Shown: in pieces, positions 17,922 through 27,445 of the stretch
Layout: the number at the start of each line of letters is the position of its first letter
How positions within the stretch are numbered: position 1 is the first letter of the stretch
Assembly: GCA_017455185.1 (NCBI GenBank)
Contig: JAFTBN010000061.1
Coordinates: forward strand, 1-62,808
Origin: Clostridia bacterium
Lineage (GTDB): Bacteria; Bacillota; Clostridia; Oscillospirales; CAG-272
Direction: 5' to 3'
DNA length: 62,808 bases
Made by a program: the position numbers and the translations under genes
The notes under the pieces: generated by a model
The model's database searches: none
What the model saw: the letters and a program-made list of their open reading frames with translations, nothing else
Told to the model about the DNA's origin: nothing

Positions 17922-18767
17922 CTATTTTTCGGGTGCGAAGCGGTCCAGATACCCGCACAGCATCTTCTGAATCTCCAAAGCGTCCGGCGCGACTTTCGCG
18001 CCGGGCACTTTGCATTCAAAGCAATGCCCGCCGTTCTGCGCGTAAACCGCCTCGCATTCGGCGCCGGCTTTCTCATACGCCTTCACAAGAAGTTCGGAAG
18101 AAAGAGGGAAAACCAGGTCGTCGTGCGTGCCGGCAAACGTCCGGCAGGGCACGCTGCGGGCATTCACCCAGTCCACGGGACTGTATCTCTTCCATTCCTC
18201 AAGCGTGGTTCCGGGAAGCAGTTCATCCATAGAAAAAGCGAGGGTTTGCGGCACCGTTTCGTTCTGATACAAAACGGTCGGTGGACTCAGGGGCGCGCAG
18301 GCCACCACCCGGAACGGGTCGGCCAGAACGCTGTCCCGGACGAAAGCGCCCTGGGGCGCCAGCGCCATCATCAGCGCCAGATGTCCGCCCGCGCTGTGCC
18401 CGCTTGTCACAACCCGGCCCATATCCAGGCCCAGTTTCTGGGCGTAATGAGCCAGATACCGTCCGGCGTCCATGCAGTCCGAAACGATCTGTTCCATGTC
18501 CACCGGGTCATGCCGGATGATGCGGTACGCCAGCGAGGCAACCGCCCAGCCGTGATCCCGTGCGTAGTCCACCGAAACGCGCGACATGCCGATCATCGAT
18601 TCGGGTTCGGCCATCGCCCACCCGCCCCCGGGTATGATCAGGTACACCGGGGCCTTTTCGTATTTTCTGACCCTGGGAAGCTGCAGAAGCAGACGGACTT
18701 TCCTGTCCCCCACTTCCTTGTAATACAGTTCCTGCTCAAGGTCCAATGTCGGAATCGTCAATGCCAT
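17922..18767 (-). CDS. alpha/beta-hydrolase (esterase/lipase type)
   Basis: 281 aa with oxyanion-type IPGGGW and nucleophile elbow GHSAGGH. Confidence 0.75.
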   Translation of the reverse strand: MALTIPTLDLEQELYYKEVGDRKVRLLLQLPRVRKYEKAPVYLIIPGGGWAMAEPESMIGMSRVSVDYARDHGWAVASLAYRIIRHDPVDMEQIVSDCMDAGRYLAHYAQKLGLDMGRVVTSGHSAGGHLALMMALAPQGAFVRDSVLADPFRVVACAPLSPPTVLYQNETVPQTLAFSMDELLPGTTLEEWKRYSPVDWVNARSVPCRTFAGTHDDLVFPLSSELLVKAYEKAGAECEAVYAQNGGHCFECKVPGAKVAPDALEIQKMLCGYLDRFAPEK

Positions 18768-18779
18768 TTTCTCTCTCCC

Positions 18780-19709
18780 TTATGCATACGCCCTGAACCA
18801 GCCGAGGATCAGCTGGATGAAAGGCGCGGAATAGCCGTGCTGCCGGCCCTCGTAAAAGGTGTACGACTTGGTCGACGGCAGATACTCGAACAGTTTCCGG
18901 ATGGTTTCAGGCGGGCAGACCGTATCCGCTCCGCCGCCCGACAAAAGGACCGGGCAGGTCAGGCGGTATGCGTGCGCCAATGCGTCGGCAAAACCGAGGG
19001 TGTGCCAGGCTTTCCCCAGTTCCTGCTCCGGAATCCGGTCCATCCTGGACTTCAGCAGCCAATAGGCCCCGCGCATATCTGCCAGCGGATAATCCACCAG
19101 AAACGGCTCGTCCGCCGCCACGCACCGTACGCCGTGGTCCCGGAACAGGGATCCGAGCAGCAGCGAGGTTCCCCCTCCCTGACTGGTTCCGTAGAAAGAA
19201 ACACGCCCCGGAATCACACAGTCCAGTTTCCAGGTCCAGAGCACCGCCATCACGGCGCAAAGCAGCCAGTCCCTGTATCCGTGCTCGGCGCCCGAATCGA
19301 GCGTATAAGGCAGCGGGGGCCAGTCGTGCGTCTCGGGATCCTTCAATGATTCGTCGTAGCCATTGGGCGTCCAGTGGCCCATCGGAGAAAGCTGCAGAAC
19401 CGCATAGCCCTGGGCCCCGACGTCCGGATGAACCGACAACTCGGATCCATACCCCGGCAGATGCACCACCAGCGGCGCCGGTCCGCTCAGAGGCCGGATG
19501 AGAACTCCGTAAAAATCGTGAAGCCCCTCAGGCATGAAATGAACGATCTGGGTCGGAGCGTGAAACGTACCGAAATTTCCCCGCCAGCCCGGATCGGGCA
19601 GTCCTTCCACTTCCATTTTCATTTGGTTCGCACTCTCCCAGATTCCGTCCGCCCAGCGATCGATCTCGTCGGACGAAGGATAATCGGGATACACCTTATG
19701 CAATTCCAT
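18780..19709 (-). CDS. acetyl xylan esterase / cephalosporin-C deacetylase-like (CE7-type)
   Basis: Track ORF 18780..19739. Start moved to ATG 19709, which follows AGGAGG. GTSQGGG is the nucleophile motif typical of the AXE1 family. Confidence 0.7.
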   Translation of the reverse strand: MELHKVYPDYPSSDEIDRWADGIWESANQMKMEVEGLPDPGWRGNFGTFHAPTQIVHFMPEGLHDFYGVLIRPLSGPAPLVVHLPGYGSELSVHPDVGAQGYAVLQLSPMGHWTPNGYDESLKDPETHDWPPLPYTLDSGAEHGYRDWLLCAVMAVLWTWKLDCVIPGRVSFYGTSQGGGTSLLLGSLFRDHGVRCVAADEPFLVDYPLADMRGAYWLLKSRMDRIPEQELGKAWHTLGFADALAHAYRLTCPVLLSGGGADTVCPPETIRKLFEYLPSTKSYTFYEGRQHGYSAPFIQLILGWFRAYA

Positions 19710-19728
19710 TTCTTTTTCCTCCTGTTGC

Positions 19729-20715
19729 CTATAATGCAAATTCTTCTTCTCTTCCGGTCATCAGCACGCGCCTGAGCCCGTCTGCCACGGTCTTGCCCGG
19801 GTCCGATGCCACGGTCACACGCATACGGCAGCTGTCGGCCAGCTTTTGGGAAAAGCCGCTCAGAAGCGCGCCCCCTCCGCACAAAAGAATCCCGTAATCC
19901 CCGATGTCCGCACACAGTTCGGGCGGGGTCTGGGAAAGCGTCTTCTGCACAAGCGCCGCCATGGCGTTCATCTGACGCTCAAACGCCGCCAATACCAGTT
20001 CGGGCGTTACGGCCTTCCGGATAATCTGTCTGGATTTGAGGTCCCGTCCGATGACGACAATCGGGGCACCCGTACGCGCGAACTTCGCCGTCCCGACGGT
20101 TTTCTTCAGCCGCTCGGCGGTCTGCTGCCCAATCTGCAGGGCGCAATTGCGCCGGATGTATTCGGCCAGCGCCGCATCCAGAGTCTCCCCGCCACCCTTC
20201 AGCACACCCGAGGACACCACGTGCCCCAGGCTGATCACGGCGGTCTTGCACAGATTTCCGCCCGCGTCAAAGAGCAGACTGCCCCGGGCGTCCCTGTATT
20301 GCAAACCGGCGCCCACTGCCGCGCACAGAGTGGCGCTGACAAAGGACACTTTCCTTATATTGGTCCGGTAAAAAGCCTCCCGCAGGATTTCCCTCTCCAT
20401 CGTGCTCAGACTGTCCGGAACTGCCACTACCGCGTCCGGACGGGTCAGCCTGGAGGACAGCCCGAGATGCTCCAGATAGGCCTGCATCATCTGCGAGCAG
20501 GCGTCCCGGTCCACTACGGCACCATACCGCACCGGACGGATCTCCTCCAGATTTTTCGGCAGTTTCCCCACCATGGCCCTCGCCGCTATGCCCGAGGCGA
20601 TTACGGTTCCGTCCCGGTCCCGGATGAGAATGGAGGGTGCGCAAAAGACCGGGGCGTCATCCGTTATGATCCGGACGAAACTGCTCCCCAGATCAACGCC
20701 GATCCGCTTTGTCAT
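19729..20715 (-). CDS. mreB: divergent MreB/Mbl-family actin-like protein
   Basis: 328 aa and collinear with MreB (IGVDLGSSFV, RPVRYGAVVD, LLCGGGALLSGF...VASDP). The phosphate-2 motif is degenerate (FDAGGNLCKT). Translationally coupled to mrdA (ATGA at 20712-20715). Confidence 0.7.
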   Translation of the reverse strand: MTKRIGVDLGSSFVRIITDDAPVFCAPSILIRDRDGTVIASGIAARAMVGKLPKNLEEIRPVRYGAVVDRDACSQMMQAYLEHLGLSSRLTRPDAVVAVPDSLSTMEREILREAFYRTNIRKVSFVSATLCAAVGAGLQYRDARGSLLFDAGGNLCKTAVISLGHVVSSGVLKGGGETLDAALAEYIRRNCALQIGQQTAERLKKTVGTAKFARTGAPIVVIGRDLKSRQIIRKAVTPELVLAAFERQMNAMAALVQKTLSQTPPELCADIGDYGILLCGGGALLSGFSQKLADSCRMRVTVASDPGKTVADGLRRVLMTGREEEFAL

Positions 20716-22877
20716 GTCCCTTCACTCCCTTCGCCGGCTGCCGACCCCGGAAGGGTCTGCGCCGTAATTGCATTTTCATTGACCAGTCCGTCCGGAGGCG
20801 TCTCTCCGGGCGTAAAAAACTCCCCCAGCACCAAAGAAGCCGCATAGGAAGCATAACTGCCCGAGGAACCTTTCTCAAGCACCACCGAAACCACAATCTG
20901 CGGCTTGTCCAGCGGCGCCGCGCACACGAATACGCCGTAATCCGGCTGTCCGGTTTTCTGCGCCGTACCCGTCTTGGATCCCACGCTTACCGGCAGATCC
21001 CCCATAAAATAGGAGACCACCGAATTGGTCTGCGTGACCTTCTCCATGCCCTGACGGACCGCCTGCAGCGAGTCGTCGCTGAGCAGAACCCGGGACAGCA
21101 CCTGCCGCTCGGGCACATAAACGGGATCGTCCGATGCATACCGTTTGACCGCGCAGAGCAGACTTGCTCCGTACCGGTCCCCTTTCTGCATCAGAGTTCC
21201 GGTATAAGCGCAGAGCTGCAGGGGGGTCACCTCGTTGTAAGACTGCCCGATGGCCGCGGCGAGCGTATCCCCGGGATACCATTCCGTGATTCGCGTCCCC
21301 AGGGAGGTCATACAGTCCGGCCCTGCCAGAGTTCCGGTTTTCTCTCCGATTTCCACGCCGGTTCCCTGCCCGAACCCGAAGGCTTTATAATAATCGTTCA
21401 TCAAGCCGATGCCCAGCCGGTAACCCGCTTCGTAGAAATAGATGTTGCAGGAAACCCGCAAAGCCTCGACCGCGTTGATGGGACCGTGCTCGGCGATCTC
21501 GCTGGATTCGCTTTCGTGCACCCAGCATTTCGGCTGATAATCCGCGTAACGGGTGTAAACGCCCGTGCAGTCCACCAAAGTATCCGCCCACATCCGGGTC
21601 GTCGCTTTTTCGGTCAGCGCAACCGCCACCATCCCGAGCTTGAAAGTGGAGCCCGGCGCGTAAAGCCCGGCGGTTGCCCGGTTGGTCAGCGGAGAGGCCG
21701 CGCTGGCCAGCAGCGCGTCGAAATCCTCGCTGTACGTGTCCAGGCGGAACGTCGGATAGGAGGCCATGACCAGAACCTCGCCGGTCGAGGGATCCTGCGC
21801 CACAAGAGAGGCGGCGTCGCAATCCTCGGTTCCGGTCAGACGGTGAACATAGGTCAGATTGCGCACAAGGCCGTCTTCGGCCGCAATCTGAAGAGAAATG
21901 TCAATGGTCAGATAGACGTCATGCCCCGCTTTGGGTTCCTGCGTGACCGTGCGAGACAGCACGTGTCCTTCCGTGTCTTCCACCACCGTCTCGACCCCGT
22001 CCGTTCCGTGGAGATACTCCTCGAACGCTTTCTCAACGCCCGAGATGCCCACCCGGTCGCTCATCTTGTACCCTTTGTCCTTATATTCATCCCAGTCTTC
22101 GGCGTAAATGCGGCCGACCTGACCCAGAATATGCGAGGCATACCCGGGATAATGGTAAATCCGTTCCTCGGTCTGGGCAAAATTCAGTCCCCAGTAGCCC
22201 TTTTCGGCGAAATAGGCCAGTCCTTCCTGCCCGATGTCCTCGGCCAGAACGTAAGGCTGCACGTCCGAGAACTGCACCGCTTCCATATCGTAATACAGGT
22301 GCAGCAAAAGCGTAATCTCTTCGTCCGTGAAACTTTTTTCGCTGATGCCGTACCGTTTCATGAAGAACCCGACCAGCTTTTCCTCGGTGCACTCCCCTTT
22401 TTTGTTCAGGTCATCGGCCGCGATCACGCGCTGAAGCCGATAGTAAGTGGTGCTTTCCCCGTCCGTCGCCTCGGCACTGAACGTAAAATCGGGATACATG
22501 CCCTCCAGGGGAAAATGGGAATAGGTCAGGTTCTGCGTCAAACCGAGTTTTTGTAAATCCGCCACCGTCCGGCACAGCGTGTCGGAAGCATGCGCATAAT
22601 CCGACCGGACCTGCGAATAGTACAGTACCAGATTGTGCGAATAGGCATTCGTGACAAGAGGAACGCCGTTGCGGTCGTAGATGGCGCCCCGCCTTGCCTG
22701 CATCACCACAGGATAGGAAACGGTCTGCTCGTCCTCGTTTCCAAGCAGATACTCGTCCCGGGTGACCACGCTCAAAGAAAAAAGGCGGAACACATACAAA
22801 AGGAGGATTACGCAAAAAAGGACCCCGACCGCAATGGCACGCCGGTCGTGCGTGCGCCAAGTTCCGTTGTTCTGCAT
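20712..22877 (-). CDS. mrdA: penicillin-binding protein 2 (elongation transpeptidase)
   Basis: Track ORF 20712..22988. Start moved to ATG 22877 (MQNNGTWRT.. followed by a TM segment), which follows AAGGGGGAA. Has STFK, SCN and KTGTA motifs. Confidence 0.85.
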   Translation of the reverse strand: MQNNGTWRTHDRRAIAVGVLFCVILLLYVFRLFSLSVVTRDEYLLGNEDEQTVSYPVVMQARRGAIYDRNGVPLVTNAYSHNLVLYYSQVRSDYAHASDTLCRTVADLQKLGLTQNLTYSHFPLEGMYPDFTFSAEATDGESTTYYRLQRVIAADDLNKKGECTEEKLVGFFMKRYGISEKSFTDEEITLLLHLYYDMEAVQFSDVQPYVLAEDIGQEGLAYFAEKGYWGLNFAQTEERIYHYPGYASHILGQVGRIYAEDWDEYKDKGYKMSDRVGISGVEKAFEEYLHGTDGVETVVEDTEGHVLSRTVTQEPKAGHDVYLTIDISLQIAAEDGLVRNLTYVHRLTGTEDCDAASLVAQDPSTGEVLVMASYPTFRLDTYSEDFDALLASAASPLTNRATAGLYAPGSTFKLGMVAVALTEKATTRMWADTLVDCTGVYTRYADYQPKCWVHESESSEIAEHGPINAVEALRVSCNIYFYEAGYRLGIGLMNDYYKAFGFGQGTGVEIGEKTGTLAGPDCMTSLGTRITEWYPGDTLAAAIGQSYNEVTPLQLCAYTGTLMQKGDRYGASLLCAVKRYASDDPVYVPERQVLSRVLLSDDSLQAVRQGMEKVTQTNSVVSYFMGDLPVSVGSKTGTAQKTGQPDYGVFVCAAPLDKPQIVVSVVLEKGSSGSYASYAASLVLGEFFTPGETPPDGLVNENAITAQTLPGSAAGEGSEGT

Positions 22878-22933
22878 CCTGGTTCCCCCTTTCTTTGATC
22901 TGCATACCGGCGCCGGAAGCCCGCTCCGGCCTT

Positions 22934-23524
22934 TCAATAGGGCCAGAAGCCCAGCAGTTTCACCGTCTCCTCGTAGAACTTCCTGCACGGAAGCCCTACC
23001 ACGTTCTGATAATCCCCGTCAATTTTGCGGACAAAAATCCCGGCACGGCCCTGAATGCCGTAGGAGCCGGCCTTGTCGGCGTATTCCCCGCAGTCCAGGT
23101 AATGCTCAATCTCCCCGTCGCCCAATGGGGCGAACTGCACATCGGCCCGGTCGTGCACCAGAACCGTTCTGTCCCCGTAGCGCAGATACAGCCCGGTCAG
23201 CACATGATGGGTCTTTCCGGAAAGCGCCCGGAGCATGGCCCGGGCTTCCTCCCGGTCCTTTGGTTTGCCCAGAATCCGGTCCCCGAACGCCACGACCGTA
23301 TCCGCCGCAATCAGGAAAGTATCCTTTGGATCATATCCGTTTTCCCCAAGATGGGCAAAACAGATTTCCCCCTTCTGTCTTGCCAGTTCCTCCACCATTT
23401 TTTCAGGGACATTTGTCCCTGTTTTTTCCTCGTGCGGAATGGCCAGAATGTCAAAATTCACTCCCATCGCCTTCAAAATGTCCCTTCTCCGGGGCGAGGC
23501 GGACGCCAGAACCGTACGCATCAT
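22934..23524 (-). CDS. maf: Maf-like nucleoside-triphosphate pyrophosphatase
   Basis: 196 aa with LASASPRRRDIL and YGIQG motifs. The start overlaps the dut stop. Confidence 0.85.
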   Translation of the reverse strand: MMRTVLASASPRRRDILKAMGVNFDILAIPHEEKTGTNVPEKMVEELARQKGEICFAHLGENGYDPKDTFLIAADTVVAFGDRILGKPKDREEARAMLRALSGKTHHVLTGLYLRYGDRTVLVHDRADVQFAPLGDGEIEHYLDCGEYADKAGSYGIQGRAGIFVRKIDGDYQNVVGLPCRKFYEETVKLLGFWPY

Positions 23525-23970
23525 TTTTTCCCCGTGGACCCAAAGCCTCCGGCTCCGCGTTCGGTTTCGTCGAGCGTCTGGCAGGGGAGGAAGGAAGCGT
23601 GATACACCGGCAAAAAGAAGAGCTGCGCAATCCGGTCGCCCCGAACGATTTCAAAGTCGTCCTGCCCGTGGTTGACCAGACCCACCATGATTTCCCCTCG
23701 GTAGTCCGAATCAATGACGCCGATGGAATTGGACAGGGTGATTCCCTGCCTGATCCCCAGGCCGCTCCGGCCCGCCACAATGGCGACTACGTCCTCCCTT
23801 TCACAGGATACGGCGATACCCGTCGGAACAAGCGCCCGCTCCCCCGGCCGAAGCGTAAGGGTCTGTCCGGGCTCGAGAGCCGCCCGCAGATCCACCGCAG
23901 CCGAACCGCCGGTCGCATACGCCGGAGCGCTCATGCCTCTTGTCAGTTTGATTTTTACCTGCAAATCCAT
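23521..23970 (-). CDS. dut: dUTP diphosphatase
   Basis: 149 aa with GSAAVDL, RSGLG, GVIDSDYRGEI and C-terminal RGAGGFGSTG. Confidence 0.9.
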   Translation of the reverse strand: MDLQVKIKLTRGMSAPAYATGGSAAVDLRAALEPGQTLTLRPGERALVPTGIAVSCEREDVVAIVAGRSGLGIRQGITLSNSIGVIDSDYRGEIMVGLVNHGQDDFEIVRGDRIAQLFFLPVYHASFLPCQTLDETERGAGGFGSTGKK

Positions 23971-24080
23971 TTTTTATGTCCTTTCGCGCATCTTCATCGT
24001 ACCCGCGCATATGCGTGTAGTTATTCTTCTTGATTTTATCATAGTAAAAAGGCAAAAGCAAGAAGGAATCCCTTTTCCGC

Positions 24081-24109
24081 TTGACTTGTTCCGAATAATT
24101 GGATACAAT
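24081..24109 (+). promoter_or_regulatory. promoter of the decarboxylase-family gene
   Basis: TTGACT (24081-24086), 17 nt, TACAAT (24104-24109). Confidence 0.55.
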
Positions 24110-24149
24110 GAGGGGCAGAAACTGACAGATGCCAAAGGAGAACACCCGT

Positions 24150-25655
24150 ATGAGCCGCACCCCGCTGACCGACGCGCTTTTGCGCAACGGAAAAGGACCC
24201 GTTCTGCCCATGCATATGCCCGGCCACAAACGGAATCCCGCCCTGTGGTCGAGCCCGGAACTGGCCGCTCTTCTCCCTTTTGACATCACCGAAATCGAGG
24301 GATTCGACAATCTGCAGGCCCCTTCGGGCCTTTTGCGTGAACTCAACGGTCGTCTGAGCGCCCTTTGGGGCAGCCGCGATTCCTTTGCGCTGGTCAACGG
24401 GTCTACCGTCGGCATCCTGGCCGGCCTGCATGCCCTGGTCTCTCCCGGAGATACGGTTCTTGCAGCCCGGAACTGCCATCTGTCCGTCCTGAACGCGCTG
24501 ACGCTGCTTGCGGCAAAGCCAGTCTGGCTCGAACCGGCGCGGAACGAACAGGGACTGTACGGGCCCCTTTGCCCCGATCTGGTCCGGGAAGCCCTTCAAA
24601 CCCATCCCGGGGCACGGGTCCTGGTCCTGACAAGCCCCACATACGAGGGCGTCGTCAGCCCGCTGCCCGACCTTGTAAAGCTGTGCAGAAGGTTCGGCGT
24701 GCGCGTCTTTGTGGACGAAGCACACGGGGCTCACCTGCGGTTTCTGGCGGACCCTGTGCCCGACGCGATGAGCGCCGGCGCAGATCTGGCGGTACAGAGC
24801 CTGCACAAAACCCTGCCTTCCCCGACGCAAACCGCCGTGCTGCACGTGGGAGAGGCGGGACCGGATTCCGCCTGTGTAGCCGCCTCGCTGAAAATCTTCC
24901 AGACCAGTTCCCCCTCCTATGTACTGCTCGCCGGGATTGAGCAATGCGCCTCTTTTCTCGAGGAAGCAGGAAAGGAAGCGTTCCGGAACTACGGGATGTC
25001 TCTGAAAGACTTCCGCGCCTTTGCGAAAAAGCTGTCCAGGCTCCGCCTTCTCTCTCCTGAATCTGTAAAGTTATTTTTTAAAAATTCTTGTTATTATGAT
25101 GAATCAAAGCTGTTTTTAAGTTCCGTCACGGATTTGTACTGCGGGCCCCGTCTGGCCGCCCGGCTGCGCGCCCTGGGCGTCGAGCCCGAGATGGTCACCC
25201 CCTTCGGCGTCCTTTTGATGACAAGCGTCGCTGACCGGCAAACGACCTTTTCCGGCCTGAAAACCATCCTGCAGATCCTGGACCGTGAGGAAGAATCCCT
25301 GCCCGTGCCGCCCTGCCGTCCCGGCTGCGCGGCTCCGGCCCGCATTCTGCCTCCCTCTCCCCTGACCCCCTTTGAAGCAGGGAAAAAACTTGACGGCCCC
25401 GAAACAAAAAAAGACCCTCTTGACCCCGCATCCCGTGACGACGTGGCCCTGGAAGCACTTTACGCCTATCCGCCGGATATCCCGCTTCTGATGCCGGGCG
25501 AGAGATGCGGAACGCTGGATGGACCCGGCGCCGCCCTGCTTTCGGCCTACCTTGATCCCGCGCTCGGAGGAACCCTTCTGACCTCTTCGGGACCCTTTGA
25601 CGGGAAACTGCCCGTTTGCGGACCGGTCTGTACGGGAACAGACCCTACCTTTTGA
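24150..25655 (+). CDS. Orn/Lys/Arg decarboxylase-family PLP enzyme (YaaO-like)
   Basis: Track ORF 24129..25655. ATG 24150 is preferred because AAAGGAG lies 9 nt upstream. Has HMPGHKRN and the SLHKTLPSPTQ PLP-lysine motif. Confidence 0.8.
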   Translation: MSRTPLTDALLRNGKGPVLPMHMPGHKRNPALWSSPELAALLPFDITEIEGFDNLQAPSGLLRELNGRLSALWGSRDSFALVNGSTVGILAGLHALVSPGDTVLAARNCHLSVLNALTLLAAKPVWLEPARNEQGLYGPLCPDLVREALQTHPGARVLVLTSPTYEGVVSPLPDLVKLCRRFGVRVFVDEAHGAHLRFLADPVPDAMSAGADLAVQSLHKTLPSPTQTAVLHVGEAGPDSACVAASLKIFQTSSPSYVLLAGIEQCASFLEEAGKEAFRNYGMSLKDFRAFAKKLSRLRLLSPESVKLFFKNSCYYDESKLFLSSVTDLYCGPRLAARLRALGVEPEMVTPFGVLLMTSVADRQTTFSGLKTILQILDREEESLPVPPCRPGCAAPARILPPSPLTPFEAGKKLDGPETKKDPLDPASRDDVALEALYAYPPDIPLLMPGERCGTLDGPGAALLSAYLDPALGGTLLTSSGPFDGKLPVCGPVCTGTDPTF

Positions 25656-25667
25656 CCTTTTCCTACA

Positions 25668-25707
25668 AACAACCCGGAAAGATTCGTCTTTCCGGGTTGT
25701 TTTTTTC
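25668..25707 (+). terminator. intrinsic terminator
   Basis: Perfect 14-bp stem AACAACCCGGAAAG / CTTTCCGGGTTGTT with a 6-nt loop, followed by a T run. Confidence 0.85.
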
Positions 25708-25722
25708 TTTCTTTTCTGAATT

Positions 25723-27162
25723 TTATCGGGCGCACTCTTCCTCGCAGCCGGGACAGCCCCCGTCCTTTTGCAAAACGCCTCCGTAAGCGGGATCAAGGGA
25801 TTCGACCACCTTCATCCACAGCGCGCATTCCATTCTCTTTCTGAACAGATCGCAGCCGTACTCGTAAATACCGGTGATTTCGCCGGTCGCATGATACGCG
25901 TTGGCCGCGCATCCGCCCGAGCAATACAGTTTGGCCCAGCAGTTCTGACATCCGGGCCGCGCGTACGCATTGCATTGCCGGAATTTGTCCTGTACGGCCA
26001 AATTGGTCACGCCGGTCCACAAATCTCCCAGTCTGTACGCTTCGTCCCCGACGAACTGATGGCAGGGATACAGATCGCCCCAGGGCGTCACGGCCATATA
26101 TTCGGTGCCCGAGCCGCAGCCCGAAATCCGCTTGTAGATGCAGGGCCCGTGCGTCAGGTCAATCATATAATGGTAGAACAGATACGGATCGCCTTCCTTT
26201 TTGCGCTTCAGCATATCCCGAGCCAGAATCTCGTATTGCTCGAAGAGAATCTTCTTATCCTCTTCGGTCAGTGCGTACGGGTCCCCGGGAGGGCATACAA
26301 CGGGTTCCATGGACAGTTTGCGGAAACCCAGATCCAGCATATGGAACAGATCCTGCGTAAAATCCGGGTTGAAATGAGTAAACGTTCCCCGCATGTAATA
26401 TTCCCGGTCACCCCGGGCTTTGACAAACTCCTGAAACTTCGGGACAACCGTATCGTAGCTTCCTTTTCCGTTGATCGTCCGTCTGAAACGGTCGTGCACC
26501 TCCCGGCGTCCGTCCAGACTCAACACCACATTGTGGCACTCCCGGTTGGCAAATTCAATGACTTCCTTGTCCACCAGCACGCCGTTCGTCGTCAGGGTAA
26601 AACGGAAATTCTTTCCCTTTTCCTTCTCTATGCTGCGCGCATAGGCCACAATCTGCTTGACCACCTCGAAATTCATCAGCGGTTCTCCGCCGAAGAAATC
26701 CACTTCCAGGTTTTTCCGCGTTCCGCTGTTCTCCACCAGAAAATCGATGGCACGCTTTCCCACTTCCAAAGACATCAGGGCCCTTTCCCCGTGATATTTG
26801 CCCTGACTTGCGAAACAGTACTCACAATTGAGATTGCACGTATGCGCAATGTGCAGGCAAAGAGCTTTGATGACGTTGCTCCTCTTCTTGTAATCGAATG
26901 CAAGAGGCGCATACCGGTCAGGCGCAAACAGTTTTCCTTTGGCTTTCAGCTCTTCAATGTCCTCAAAACAAGCATCCAGGTCCTCAGGCGTTACGTCTTC
27001 GCGGTCCCCGTATTTTTCCAAAATGAAGGCTTTTATTTCGTCCCGGCTTTTTTCTTCATACATGCCGATGATATCGTAGGCGATTTCATCCACGCTGTGA
27101 ATGGACCCGCTGTAGACGTCCAGAACGATGTTGTAACCGTCCTGTTTGAATTGATGAATCAT
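25723..27162 (-). CDS. scfB: radical SAM/SPASM thioether-forming maturase of the SCIFF peptide
   Basis: 479 aa. The N-terminus MIHQFKQDGYNIVLDVYSGSIHSVDE is typical of SCIFF maturases. Has the CNLNCEYC radical-SAM cluster and a Cys-rich SPASM C-terminus (CQNCWAKLYCSGGC). The SCIFF precursor gene lies directly upstream. Confidence 0.85.
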   Translation of the reverse strand: MIHQFKQDGYNIVLDVYSGSIHSVDEIAYDIIGMYEEKSRDEIKAFILEKYGDREDVTPEDLDACFEDIEELKAKGKLFAPDRYAPLAFDYKKRSNVIKALCLHIAHTCNLNCEYCFASQGKYHGERALMSLEVGKRAIDFLVENSGTRKNLEVDFFGGEPLMNFEVVKQIVAYARSIEKEKGKNFRFTLTTNGVLVDKEVIEFANRECHNVVLSLDGRREVHDRFRRTINGKGSYDTVVPKFQEFVKARGDREYYMRGTFTHFNPDFTQDLFHMLDLGFRKLSMEPVVCPPGDPYALTEEDKKILFEQYEILARDMLKRKKEGDPYLFYHYMIDLTHGPCIYKRISGCGSGTEYMAVTPWGDLYPCHQFVGDEAYRLGDLWTGVTNLAVQDKFRQCNAYARPGCQNCWAKLYCSGGCAANAYHATGEITGIYEYGCDLFRKRMECALWMKVVESLDPAYGGVLQKDGGCPGCEEECAR

Positions 27163-27182
27163 ATTTTCTTACCCTTTTTATG

Positions 27183-27210
27183 AAAAAAGAACGACGCACC
27201 GGCCGTTCTT
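27183..27210 (-). terminator. hairpin plus T-run between scfA and scfB (possible partial terminator)
   Basis: Minus strand AAGAACG-ggccggtgcgt-CGTTCTT followed by TTTT. It lies 14 nt after the scfA stop and ~20 nt before the scfB ATG. Confidence 0.45.
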
Positions 27211-27223
27211 TTCTTTGTTTGAA

Positions 27224-27376
27224 TCAGTCGCGATTGTTCTTGTTCTCGCAGGGCTGATTTGCAACGCCGCAGGATGTCTTGCAGGCGGACTGGCAGGAAG
27301 TCTGGCACTCTCCGCATCCACCGGTCTTCTGGCTGGCTGCCAGATCGCGGGTCTCGATGGTTTTAATTCTTTTCAT
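27224..27376 (-). CDS. scfA: SCIFF (six cysteines in forty-five residues) ribosomal peptide precursor
   Basis: Not in the ORF track because it is under 60 aa. Hand translation gives MKRIKTIETRDLAASQKTGGCGECQTSCQSACKTSCGVANQPCENKNNRD (50 aa, 6 Cys). The GGCGECQTSCQSACKTSC core matches the SCIFF family as I recall it. Confidence 0.85.
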   Translation of the reverse strand: MKRIKTIETRDLAASQKTGGCGECQTSCQSACKTSCGVANQPCENKNNRD

Positions 27377-27445
27377 TTTTCAATTGCAAAGAAAAACTTT
27401 GCGATCCTTTCCTGAAAAAATGAGAAACAGAAATCTGTTTGCTTC

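Noticed and set aside
27215-27415. 66-aa plus-strand ORF.
   Set aside because: It is the antisense frame of the SCIFF precursor gene. The minus-strand reading gives the canonical six-Cys peptide with its own promoter and the maturase downstream.
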